A program made the position numbers and the translations under genes. A stretch of 64,000 nt of DNA from Octopus vulgaris (taxonomy: Eukaryota). The DNA lies in NCBI GenBank assembly GCA_951406725.2, contig OX597814.1, positions 97,092,001-97,156,000 on the forward strand, written 5' to 3'. The number at the start of each line of letters is the position of its first letter. Positions within the stretch are counted from its first letter, which is position 1. Shown here piece by piece: positions 13,567 to 25,824 of the stretch. The notes below the pieces were generated by a model. That model was given only the letters and a program-made list of their open reading frames with translations. It did no database searches and had not been told where the DNA came from.

Positions 13567-14249
13567 ATCATCATCATCATCGTTTAACGTCCGTTTTCCG
13601 CGCTAGCACGGGTTGGACGGTTTTGACCGGGGTCAGGGGAGCTCGGGACTGCCCCAGGCTCCAGTCTAGTCTGGCAGTGTTTCTACAGCTGGATGCCCTT
13701 CCTAACGCCAACCACTCTGCGAGTGTAGTGGGTGTTTTTTACGTGCGACCTGCACAGGTGCCAGAGGGGTCTGACATCGGCCACGTTCGGATGGTGCTTT
13801 TTATGTGTGTGTGGGGGGGGTGCAGAAATATAGGGGAGCACCAGTGGGGAGGGGTGGTTCAGAGAAATGATGACAGGTTCTAGGCAAGTAGAACGTAGGA
13901 TATCGAGAGAGGGGTAATGCATGGTGAAATAGCGTATTGAAGAGGGGGGGTTCGAAGAGTAGACACCTATAATGGTGGTGGGAGAAGCGACATCCGGTAT
14001 AGATGGAGCAAAAATATAGATATCCGGTATTGGTGGTGGGGGTGGGTAGGGCGGGTGCACCGCAAAGATACGAATGTTGGTTGATTACATACGAGGAGAA
14101 ATGAAATGAAATGAATAAGATTAGATAAAATAGACAGATAGAGAAATTTGATAAAATTATGAATGGTCAGTAAAGAATTGAAAATAGCAAATCAAAATAG
14201 CAATTCAAACACCTATCTTGCTCGCGCTCGGAAATTCACAGCTTGTAGA

Positions 14250-14312
<63 letters not shown>

Positions 14313-14550
14313 TAGCACATGTGTATTAGAGAGGAAAGGCTTCAAGATGGCGCGAAGATACGAATGTTGGTTGATTACATACGAGGAGAAATGAAATGAA
14401 ATGAATAAGATTAGATAAGATAGACAGATAGAGAAATTTGATAAAATTATGAATGGTCAGTAAAGAATTGAAAATAGCAAATCAAAATAGCAATTCAAAC
14501 ACCTATCTTGCTCGCGCTCGGAAATTCACAGCTTGTAGATGAGGGAGGGA

Positions 14551-14625
<75 letters not shown>

Positions 14626-14853
14626 CACATGTGTATTAGAGAGGAAAGGCTTCAAGATGGCGCAAAGCTACGAATGTTGGTTGATTACATACGAGGAGAA
14701 ATGAAATGAAATGAATAAGATTAGATAAGATAGACAGATAGAGAAATTTGATAAAATTATGAATGGTCAGTAAAGAATTGAAAATAGCAAATCAAAATAG
14801 CAATTCAAACACCTATCTTGCTCGCGCTCGGAAATTCACAGCTTGTAGATGAG

Positions 14854-14891
<38 letters not shown>

Positions 14892-15060
14892 GAGAGAGAG
14901 GGAGAGAGAGAGATAGCACATGTGTATTAGAGAGGAAAGGCTTCAAGATGGCGCGAAGATACGAATGTTGGTTGATTACATACGAGGAGAAATGAAATGA
15001 AATGAATAAGATTAGATAAGATAGACAGATAGAGAAATTTGATAAAATTATGAATGGTCA
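13567..15060 (-). mobile_element. Young composite non-autonomous retroelement: 5' tandem monomers, GC-rich body, RTE-type 3' end with (GAT)n tail
   Basis: catcatcat tail from 13569, CpG-intact RTE-type 3' end to ~13745, tandem array 14061-15060; whole block sits between TA runs. Confidence 0.6.
14061..15060. repeat. Tandem array of ~290-310-bp units (3 full + 1 partial), each full unit with an internal (GA)n tract
   Basis: Units start at 14061, 14351, 14661 and 14952; near-identical except for (GA)n length. Confidence 0.95.
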
Positions 15061-15082
15061 TATATATATATATATATATATA

Positions 15083-16042
15083 CTAGACTACCCATGACCT
15101 GTTGGGTCACTGATGGTTCAGGTTATAAAACACTGAAGTTGATTTCAACATTGCATTGAAACGAAAGTTAATTTTATGATGATTCAGTTAAATAGGTCTG
15201 GTTTGCAAGTTCATGTTTAAGTTTTCTTAATTATTCACAGCATCTAATAGAAATAGAACTTCTGGGATAAACTTGAACTCCAGTAACAGCATTTATTTAT
15301 GGCATATGTGCACACTTTTACAAAAATGCAAAAGGTATTGTTACATAATGCAAAATTAATGGAAACAATCTTCCCATTTCAGGGTTATGTTACTTTCGGA
15401 GTATTTTCCCATTGTGCACCATTTTGGCTATTTATGAAGCTACCCCAAAAAATGATGTATCTCAGGAATCTGTGGTCCAATTTATGCGAAACTTGTTTTA
15501 TTCTGTATTTACATTTCAAGGGTACTTTACTTTTAGAATATTTTCCCATTATGCACCAGTTTGTCTGTATTAATTACAGACAAGCACACAAACAAAACTA
15601 GAATAACTATAGATGTGTACTCTGCACTGACTTTGTTACCTCATAACTTCCAGAAAATGGATACTTTTTAACAACATTTTCAACAAATACCACTTAGATG
15701 CTGGGATTCAGAGTTTATAGGGATTTATGAGGAAGAATTTTTTCAAGGGGGTAGGGAGAGGAGTTTCAGAAAATTAACACAATCTGACTTCTTTCCCCTC
15801 ATAGCTTTCAGGAAAATGGATATCTTTTAATGAAATTTTATACCCAAAACCTTTCAAATGGCATAGATTACAATTATAAAGAAATTTGTGGGGAAAATGT
15901 TTTCTGAGGGGTGGTGATAGGAGTTTCAGATCAGGGAGACCATATAAGTTGGAACTACTCCGTTTTGATGGGGATTTTACCCATTTTTTTTTTTACAACT
16001 GTCTTTGAAATGATGTGGGTGGGGAACATCTTTATATATAGA
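15083..16042 (-). mobile_element. Non-autonomous Helitron with both termini
   Basis: Minus strand: A|TCTATATATAAA at 16042; subterminal hairpin GTGACC-caaca-GGTCAT, then CTAG|T at 15083; internal direct repeats. Confidence 0.8.
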
Positions 16043-16102
16043 TATATATATATATATATATAACGAAAAGACATTGGAAAGTAACTGATCTTTTGCTTTT
16101 AC

Positions 16103-16206
16103 CTCAGCCAATATGGTTAAAGCCTGTACACAGTATTTCACATCTGTATTTGAATAAAGTTGAGGCTCAATGACTTTCCTTTCGGCCATATTTGCCAATT
16201 CTACAT
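16103..16206 (-). CDS. DOP1: Dopey exon (DVELANM...KYCVQALTILAE)
   Basis: ttgcag|AT acceptor, GAG|gtaaaa donor; 104 nt, phase 1 to 0. Confidence 0.9.
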
Positions 16207-16304
16207 CTGCAATAAAAAGATGAACAATATTTTACAAATCATAAAGTATCATACTGGCACAGTAATAAACTATGGAGAGTTTCAATCAATAATAATGATA
16301 ATAA

Positions 16305-16490
16305 TAATCCTTTCTGCTACAGGTACAAAGCCTGAAATTTTGTGAGAGTGGGCTGGTCGATTTCATTGATTTTAGTACTTGACTGGTACTTATTTTATCA
16401 ATTCCCAAAAAGATGAAAGGCAAAATTGACCTTGGCAGAATTTGAACTCAGAATGTAAAGATGGATGAAATACTGTTCTGCATTTTGTAC
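16305..16490 (-). mobile_element. tRNA-SINE (Nin/Deu-like core)
   Basis: Same family as the 11505-11935 and 20930 copies. Confidence 0.75.
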
Positions 16491-16764
16491 AGTAATTAGA
16501 TAAATTACAAACTTATTTGCATTTTAACAAATATCTCAGAGCAAAATTAAGGTTTACATTTTCCTTTTTGATTTAATGATTAATTAATAATGGCATTTTC
16601 CAAAGTCACTTTAAAAACTGTGATACATAAAAATGTTCATAAATATCAAGTTTTTAGGGGAGCAGTTTTGAAAGAACTTAAACTTTTTGAGCTGTTAACA
16701 TTTTCTTTTGCTCATTTTGCCCTAAGGAAATAATAAGATTAATAGTCTTGAAAATTTTAACCTA

Positions 16765-17291
16765 CCATATTTGCCAGCATATAAGATGTACCCTCACATA
16801 AGATGCACCCCTATTTTACAAGTATATTTCATAGTGAAAACAAATTTAAAATGTTTCATCATACACCTTTTGAAAGACATTTAAAGTAGTTTTGTATAAG
16901 AAAAATTATGATTCTGTGCATGTAAATACAACGCTGTGTCAGTGTACTGGAATAAAATAAGAAACCATAAATTTATTACATTTAAATTACATTATATGAA
17001 TACTGTATTTCAACTTCATCTTCATTCAGGTTAACTCTATAGTTGTTTATATTTTGATCAAGAGAACTGCCATATACTATGTGAAACTTATCTGTTTCAA
17101 TAAGATCTTTTGTGTTACAACAATTGGCCAGTAACAATTATTGTGCCTAGCAAAAATATGTACATCTGGCTCTCTAGCCTATGATACTCAGTCCCCACCC
17201 TTTTGTAATATAGCTGCAGGAGACACAAGATGGATTTTTTAATAGATACAAAAAATTATAAAAAGCACATCTTATATGCCGGCAAATATGG
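16765..17291. mobile_element. Tc1/pogo-type MITE
   Basis: 24-bp TIRs ccatatttgccagcatataagatg / catcttatatgccggcaaatatgg (1 mismatch); TA on the left, CA on the right. Confidence 0.8.
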
Positions 17292-17401
17292 CATTTTACC
17301 TTAATGCTTACTAAAACATATTTTATAATCAATTTATTGTCCAATAACATTACAAGATAGTAAAATAAATAATATGTTTCAAAAGAGTTGGTAAAACTAA
17401 C

Positions 17402-17552
17402 CACTTTCTTCAGTTGCTTCACCTTCTTCAGTTTCTAGAATATCAGTTTGAGGTCCTGGTTTCACTGCAAGATTTCTTCGAAGCCAAGTAGTTTGTTCTA
17501 AACATAGACCTGCCACTGTGCTCACTGCTTCTACAAGCTTTTGAGCAATATC
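17402..17552 (-). CDS. DOP1: Dopey exon (DIAQKLVEAV...LEQTTWLRRNLAVKPGPQ...)
   Basis: gttttag|GAT acceptor, G|gttagt donor (alternative in-phase donor with exon end 17423); 151 nt. Confidence 0.9.
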
Positions 17553-17566
17553 CTAAAACAGATAAA

Positions 17567-17598
<32 letters not shown>

Positions 17599-17777
17599 AA
17601 GAGCAAAGTTATAATTAGCAAGAAAACAGACAGAACACATGGGAAATTGATGTTCTGAAATGCTCAGGAGGATCCCTAGAAGTAGCAGATAGTTTCTGTT
17701 ATCAAGATGACCTAATTAGCAGTGAAGGAGGATGCTCTGAAAGTATAGTTACTAAAATATGAATTGGCTAGAAAAAG

Positions 17778-18700
17778 TTCAGAGAACTTTTACCTCTGTT
17801 GGTAACAAAAGGCCTCCTCTCAGAATGAAAGACAGATTGTATAATGCCAGTGTATGAACAGCTATGCTAGTTGGCTGTGAAACTTGGGCTGTGAATGCAG
17901 TGGACATACAAAGACTTGAAATAAATGAAACAAGTATGCTCTGATAGATGTGCAATGTTTGTGTGCATGTATGAAAAATTACAAATATGTTTAGAGAAAA
18001 ATTAGGCATTAGGAAGGGCATCCAGCCATAGAAACATTGCCAAATCAAACTGGGCCTGGTGCAGCCTTCTGGCTTCCCAGACCCCAGTTGAACCGTCCAA
18101 CCCATGCTAGCATGGAAAGCGGACGCTAAACGATGATGATGAAGTATCAGATGTGGTGAACAGGAGAGAAGATTGCACTAGTATGGTTATGTGATATGTA
18201 AAGATGAGAACAGCTGTATAAAGTGCCTAGTGCTAAACATAGCAGAAATATGTGGAAGAGGTAAACCTAAGAAGACATAGGATGAAGTGAAGATTGACCT
18301 CAAAATGTTGAGTCTCTCAAACGAGATGATGGGGGACCATGATGAATGGCATTATGTGGTGCTTGAGAAGACCCATCCTTCTCTACAGAATTGAGGCTCA
18401 GTCAAGCCTTCCTCCACAACTCATCTATTTTAATCACCTTCCACTACAGTGTGACTAACTCATTCGCTACCTCTAATCATCTGTCACACTATCTTGCAAG
18501 TACTTGGCGACCTCACTGGGCTGGTGCCACAAAAAAAGCATCTGGTTCATTGTTAAGTGGTTGGTGCTAGGAAGGGCATCCAGCAGTAGAAACCATGCCA
18601 AAGCAGAGAACTTGGTAGAGCCTTGTGGCTCATGTCTTCTTGTTGAAGTGTCCAACCCATACTAGCATGGAAAAGGGACGTTAAATGGTGATGATGATGA
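17778..18700 (+). mobile_element. RTE LINE 3' relic with a nested younger RTE-tail element (18004-18143)
   Basis: RLYNASV*TAMLVGCETWA and GRGKPKKT motifs; two (GAT)n tails. Confidence 0.8.
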
Positions 18701-19368
18701 ATTTAAAATTCATTTATTATTATTTACTCTTCAATAAATGTACTGCACTTTGTCGTTAGACAATGCTTGGAATGACAATTCTCAATTACTAATAGTTAAT
18801 TAATTAAAGAAGTGTACTGTTAGCACTGTTAGCCAAGCACTCCTGGCAAGCTGGGAAGCTGCACCAGACATATATTCATATATAAATTTAATACATAACT
18901 GAAAGAGCTACCAATAATTTCATGCTTTTATGATACTTTTAAGGAGGTATATTGCTTTTGTTTCTTTCTTCTCATTACATTTTTTGCAGCAACCTTCTTT
19001 GAATTTTACTTCATGATTTTCATTTCTCTTTCTTTATTTTCTCACTGTCCATCATCCTTGTTTTTAAAATATATATAACGCATAAATACAGCCTGAATGA
19101 TTGTTTGGAGATACATAGCATATGTTATAAACATACCTAGTTAAAGTATCATAAAAGCATTAAACTATTAGTACCTCTTTTGGTTGTATATTAAATTGAT
19201 ATTTATCTCTCACTGTATGGAGTACTTTTTTTTTTGCTAATTCTACCTGTATTAGATCTCTAAGCAATATAACTGTTGAGAAGTAACAACAGAGTGAAGT
19301 ATTCAATGCAAATGTAAAGTGCAATACTTTATTTAGACTAATCCGATGGCATATTACCCTAAAATATT

Positions 19369-20119
19369 TTAAGGATATTTCTACAGAGATTATAGCCAGC
19401 ACTGATTTATATCCTACAATGTTTCTTATCGAGACATCAGATGTAAACAAACAATGAGATCGGAGACAAAAATGGGTAATGAGTATATATATGTCCCTTC
19501 ATCAGCACCTGCCTAACCCACACTCATCTCCAAACATGTTACTTATATAGCCACCACATACAGCAGTGTTAAGAGGAGACTCCCTTCAGTCATGAATGAC
19601 CATGGGATTGCACCTAGAAAGTTACCCTCCAAGGCACAAGTCTGGGCAAGATTGTGGAAGGCCAGCAGTCACCCATGCATACCAGCCTCTCCACTCCACT
19701 GATGTTATCCTTGTGGTCATTTACGCACTTGGAATTTATTTCTATTATCTGTCCTATGTCTTGATTTAATTTTTTGTCTGAGAGAAATTAGGTATTGTAA
19801 TGGGTACTGGGAATATCTTCGTTCCTGGATATTACCGGGTAGCTCAGCTAATTGCTTATATAGCCTTCACATACAGCAGTGTTAAGTTATTGGATATACC
19901 AATCTACCATTGTATGCAGTGGCTATATAAGCAATGTGTTCTGAGGCAAGAGTGGGTTAGATGGGTGATGATGAAGGGGCAAAAAACCCCCGAAATATGG
20001 CATATACACTCATTACCCATTTTTGTCTCCGATCTCATTGTTTGTTTACATCAGTTGTCTCGATATGAAATGTAGCAAAAAGTCAGTGCTGGTTATAATT
20101 TCAGTAGAAATAACCTTAA
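19369..20119. repeat. Long inverted repeat (arms ~19369-19562 and ~19911-20119), probably Penelope-terminal-repeat derived
   Basis: gatgtaaacaaacaatgagatcggagacaaaaatgggtaatgagt is the exact reverse complement of the right-arm core; hammerhead remnants in both arms. Confidence 0.9.
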
Positions 20120-20325
20120 CAAAATAATGCAAAGAGCACAGCTAACACAGTAGAATGTGGTGTTGACTAATAAAAACATTTAATATACTATATAGTATAT
20201 TATAGTTGCATAATGAAATATTACATGTCTACAAGTCATTATATAGTCACTCTAAAGAACTAAAAAAAAACCCCCAAAAAAACCCAATAAATCCAACCAG
20301 TATAGAGTAAGATATACTTTTTTAC

Positions 20326-20392
20326 CTGAATATCTTTTTGGCTTTTTCTATCTTCCATACTTGGTATCCTTTGTACAAATTCATTCAAAATC
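20326..20392 (-). CDS. DOP1: Dopey exon (ILNEFVQRIPSMEDRKSQKDIQ)
   Basis: cttcag|G acceptor, CAG|gtaaaa donor; 67 nt, phase 2 to 0. Confidence 0.92.
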
Positions 20393-20490
20393 CTGAAGTT
20401 AAAAACATACAAATATTTTGAGATCTATCAGCTTGGAAAAATGTAGACTACTTCAAACTGAATATATGGATTTGTCAAAATTATCTTTAA

Positions 20491-20700
20491 CTCTTTAGTA
20501 TTTAAACTGACAGTATTTGGTTCAAATATTCTGCCTGATTTATGTTCAGACTGAGCCAGATCTGGCCTCTCACACTCACCCAACAATGTGATTCTAAAAA
20601 TAAACATCACTGATGGAGCTACGAGATAATGAAAGATTAATTTAAAACAATGTGAATAAATAGGTATTATATTTGACAGAGTAATCTGAATGCTAAAGGG
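20491..20700. mobile_element. piggyBac-type MITE
   Basis: TTAA on both sides; TIR ctctttagtatt / aatgctaaaggg; inverted sibling at 63596-63813. Confidence 0.8.
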
Positions 20701-20929
20701 TTAAAGTTAAATAGAGGTTTCAATTTGATGTAGATTATGTATTTATCTGGTGAAATATTTCAAATAAAGTCTTAAAATTGGCAACAAAAATGTACTTTAT
20801 TCATGTTGTTATACTAAAATAATCATGATGAATGTGTACAAAAAAAAACCCATTCTTTTAACAAACAGATCATTACAATCTAGAATACTTATAATTAGTG
20901 ACATAGTGGTGACATTATATATTTTGTAA

Positions 20930-21148
20930 AAGGCAGCAAGCTGGTAGAATCATTAGCATGCTGGACTAAATGCTTAGCAGTGTTTTGTTTGTCGCTACAT
21001 TCTGAGTTTAAATTCCACCGAGGTCGACTTTACCTTTCATCCTATCAGGGTCGATAAATTAAGTACCAGTTGAGTACTGGAGTCAATGTAACCAACTGTT
21101 CCCCTTCCCCCAATTTCAGGCTTTGTGCCTATAATAGAAAAGATTATT
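20930..21148 (+). mobile_element. tRNA-SINE (Nin/Deu-like core), well preserved
   Basis: A-box-like ctggtagaatcattagc, B-box-like gagtttaaattcc, core gtcgactttacctttcatcct...ggtcgataaattaagtaccag, tail gattatt. Confidence 0.8.
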
Positions 21149-22541
21149 TATTCTGTAGCAAATAGTTTTATAGTTTAATCCAGTAGGCTTAAACCATATC
21201 ACCATCATCAATTGATTTCTTTCTAGTTTTTCAAACTAATAAACTGGAGTGGACAAACCCTATTAAACAATAAGATATTAAGTACATAGTAGATAGTGAT
21301 TCTCTTAGTGCAACTGTGAACAATGTGAAGCATATAAAATATCAGCTGGGTACTACAAAATGTTGTATTTGTAATTACATACAATTTTTATTCTGTCTTG
21401 AAATTTCAATGGTCATTCAACAATTGTGTTGAAACTAAATCCCTATCATTTAGTACCCACTTTTTCATGCTTACTTGGACCAGATGGAGTTTAGTGAGGC
21501 AGATTTTTTATGGCCACATGCCCTTCCTGTTGTCAACCTTCACCTGTTTCCAAGCAAGATAATATCTACTCATAGTCTGACATGTTTTCACTGGAAGACT
21601 GGAAATGAACATTGCTTGTATGATGGTAATGCTCACTTATAACCATCATGTGATGTCTAGGCAAGGACATTTAGTTTCCGCCTATCAAATCCACTCACAG
21701 GATTTGGCCAGCTCTGGCTGTATTAGATTTGCCCAAGATACTATGCAGTGGAACCGAACCCAAGACCACATGGCTGGAAAACAAGCTTCTTAACTCCACA
21801 GGCATACCTGTGCTGATATCACTAGATATAGCTAAGAACTTTATTTCATTAAGGCCCTAAATTCGAAACCTGCCAACATCAAGTGTCGTTTGAACAGGGT
21901 CAATGAAATAAATACCAGTAATATATTGAAGTTGAAACAATCAATTGTACTCCTCTCCTAAAAAAAAAAACAAAACAGAAAAACTTTCACCTATCCCTAT
22001 GTAAGATGACATACTGATAAATATTTGCTTTGGTAGATCAGGTCAGGTATAGCATATGTGCCATTGCAGCATATCTCTGCATCTGCCATTTGTCAGTATA
22101 TCCTCAGGTCAGCCTGAGCAACCCTCCAAGCAGTGTTCCAGTCAGTTCCCATCTGCTTGAAGTACTTCCTCAACTGTTGTGACCATGAGGTGCATGACCA
22201 ACCAACACAAGTCATCACCCCAGTCAGATCTACAGAGAAGAAAACATGGTACACAGGATCCAAATAGGAAAATTGAGCAACATGACCAAACAGTCTGAGC
22301 TGACACTCTCAAATCAAACAAGTAACAGGACACTTGCCAGCTTCCGAGTGACTCAATAATATATGTAAAGCTTTAAAAAAGAAATTATGATAAATCACTT
22401 GTAACATCGCCAGATTTTTAGTTTTTCATTCAATTACACTGTTATAGTTTATAGTAGTATAATACACTGTCATTATAAAGCAACTCCTTAAAACATTTTT
22501 GATGAATCAATTGGTAAATGTATTGTTGCCATATTACTTAC

Positions 22542-22702
22542 TCTAACAACAGAAATAATCCAGGTGGTGAAAGGTTTAATGCTTGACCTTCTTTTAATAA
22601 AGACAATAATGACTGCTTAGAATCCAGAAGCTGTTGCACAGATGCTTGTTGGATATATGCGTAGAAGAACTGCAACATGTTGATCTCAAGAGAAACAGAT
22701 TT
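22542..22702 (-). CDS. DOP1: Dopey exon (KSVSLEINMLQFFYAYIQ...LNLSPPGLFLLL)
   Basis: atttag|AAA acceptor, GA|gtaagt donor; 161 nt; found by translation. Confidence 0.93.
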
Positions 22703-25700
22703 CTAAATAATGAAAGCAAATAAATTACAATATAATCATAAATATAAAAAAAACAAAAACTATTCAACTAAACATATTTTTTTAACAAGAAAGGAAACAG
22801 TAAGAACTAATATAATCTTTAAAGTAGCATCATGTAAGTTGAAGAACAATTATGTCAATATGTCCATATTTTATGGATAGATCTAAAAAAGTATGACTCA
22901 GTGTATTTTACAAAACAAAACTGATAAAGGTGGCCAAAATTAAAAGCAGTGATTCGTAATTAAAAGATAAGCATAGGAATATGATGACATACAAGTAGGA
23001 TAAATATGAAATTCCATAAATTCCAAATGTATTCATGCATATAAGAAGCATTTGTCTAAAACGTGTAGGAATAGTTATGGGTAAGAAAATACTGGAAAAA
23101 GTATCTTCCATGTATAAAATGTACAGACTTCTCATGATGTATAGAAAAAAAAATAGAGTTAACTTGGATTTCTCATGGTTAGATATCCTTCTATGATAAT
23201 GGGAAAACAATTTAGTTAATTTGGGCCATGATGGAAAAGAAGGGCACAATCAAGAAAGAATTGGAAGTACATTATGAACAGCAGTGTATAACAACTGTTA
23301 GTCTGATTGATACAGTGATACAGTTAGAATTATTTTGATTGTTGTGTAAAATACACTGAAATACTTCAGAAGACAAAAAACAAATTCAAGAGTGACCTTC
23401 GAACTTCACAGAAGTGAAATATAAAAGTGCGTTTGGTGTAGAATCAACATTGTGGAAATAACACATTGTTGTTGATATATATTCAATGTTTATCGAAAAC
23501 TATCCTATTTTCTAACTTATTGGAATCAAACATCACAAAAACAATAAAACCAATTAAAGAGTACACAGGATTAAAAGAATCAACATACAGAATTGTTATT
23601 AACTTGAATTGAGAATTGTTTCTATATATCAAACCCCGCAAATATGAAATTATATAAGATAGCAGCAATAATCGTTACTAATGTGAAGACATTAGAAATA
23701 GAGTGTCATGCCAATAGAAGTTCCATATCAATAATGTGGGCTGCTTCTAGTGGACTTACCATCAGGCAGCTAAATTTCCCTCAAACAACACCCTGCTATT
23801 GTATGTAAATGTATATTCTTGCATGAATCATCAAGCAAGATTTCTGTGTCACTTGTTGGAAAAAGGAGCCAATCCTCTATTAAATACACTCGTCTGTCTC
23901 ATGTAACTCTGATTCTATATCTAGATATAGCCAGGTCACTCTGCTAGTTGTATTTAAAAAAAACAAAAACTCTTTAAACTAGAGAGAATTCAGGAAAAAG
24001 AAAGAAAAAATTTTAGTTTTATTAGAATATGCTATGCTAATCATCAGTTCCTCTTCTCAAAATTTTTGAAAGAAAAATTAAATATAAACTAATGACAGGA
24101 TAGGGATGTGGGTGCATTTATTCCAAAATTCAATCGAGATTTTTTTAATTTATAAAATTAAGATTGAAAGAACATTTTATATTTTCAGAGAATCAATAAA
24201 CATTTTAAACAAATATTCAAACAAGCGTTTCATATGTAATTTTATGGGACATAAACTGAACAAATAATCTAGATCTTTAAAAAGAAAATCAGATAGCATT
24301 TAATTGTAGTTTTTCATTGCATACCCTTAATGTCTAGGTTTAAAAATTTGGTCAAAAGTTCATATTATACATGAATAAATATGGTATTTCTTTATAGTGA
24401 AGTCAATGACCAACAGTGCATTTTAGATGAAATTTCTATTTTTCTTTGTAGATAAATATTAGACAAGCTTCACAGATTTCATTTGGCACTAAAAAAGATT
24501 ATGCTATATTATAACCTATTTGATGTTAACATTTATCTTTCTGATTTATTATTATATCAAAGAAGGAAATTCATTGTCTATAACCATGAAAGTCATATGG
24601 AGTTATAAAGTTGGGGTTTAAGTGTTATTATTAATATGGAGCTTGCAGTTAGTTTTGAGTTCAGAAGCAATGAAGCAATCCAGAATGAATGACTTCATAT
24701 AGATGGCATGTAAAATAAGGAAGACAGAGACAGATTATGATTGCAAAAAAATAGAAAGACGAGATAAATGTGTGTAGTGATAATTAGTGGAATTTGGATG
24801 AATCTACAGGAGTAGATAATAAAGAAGGTAAGGTGAAAACTCTGCACATCGGTGGAGCAGTGTTTAATGATACTGTGCAAGGTGGGTTTTATTGCTTATG
24901 TAAATATTTTCTGAAAAACAGGTTGATCAGCAATAATTACAGAGAATGTTATACCCTAATTATCATTTTTAAATAAAAGCATGCAATATTAATTTTAAAT
25001 TTAAACTAATCATTATTAGAGGTAGGTTAAGTTTCAACTATCACTGGTTACTTCTCTTAATTGATGGATATCTGAAATAATATTAAACTGTTTTAGATTT
25101 TCTTGGCAAATCTTAGGAAAATTAATTTCATTTTGTTTTTATGACTGCTTTTTCCTTGCTACCTAGCATGGGTTAGGTGAGTATATAAATAGAAAATATA
25201 CAACAGAAGAACTTTAGAAGGGGCTTTAACTATACCACCTCCATTTATACTGTTGTATACATTAATCATTTGCCAAACTCCTGTTATAAGGAGGTATCTT
25301 ACTTAAACTAATGTTTTTACATTGGTATTTAATTGATTGGATCAATCCCTACCCAGTATATGACAGGGAAGAAATTGATATCTGTTCGTATTTTGGCAAT
25401 GTCACAGTGAAGAAGAAATCAACTCTGATAAAATTAAAACTAAGAATGAAGAACAAAACTATATACTTCATAAGTATGTATATCTGTGTATAAATGTAGG
25501 TGAGTATACATGCACAAACACTATTCTACTTCCTTTGTTTTTATATTAATATTGAAGAAAGGTAAAACAATAAGCAGGTTCTATAAATAAATTTATAAAA
25601 TTAAAAAAAAAATTCTCACCATAGTTTAAAACAAATGTAAAGTTCAATTTATAATTCAGTTGAAGGGTCTAATAGTTAAGGAACATTAATAAGGAGCATA

Positions 25701-25824
25701 TAGATATTTTTTTGCGGTCTATCTATTATGATGCATTCAAAAGTAATTCATATGAAAAGGATTTTTGCAAGAAATCAAAAATTAAAAATAACTTATTGAC
25801 AGAAAAAATGGTAACTTCTTTCAC

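Noticed and set aside
13683-14060. 125-aa proline-rich ORF
   Set aside because: Non-ATG start; arises from G-rich repeat body sequence running into an RTE 3' end.
14061-15060. Regularly spaced repeats as a CRISPR-like array
   Set aside because: Units are whole ~290-bp copies with no unique spacers; eukaryotic intron with no cas genes.
20930-21020. tRNA gene (A/B boxes)
   Set aside because: SINE head with no cloverleaf, followed by the SINE core and repeated across the window.
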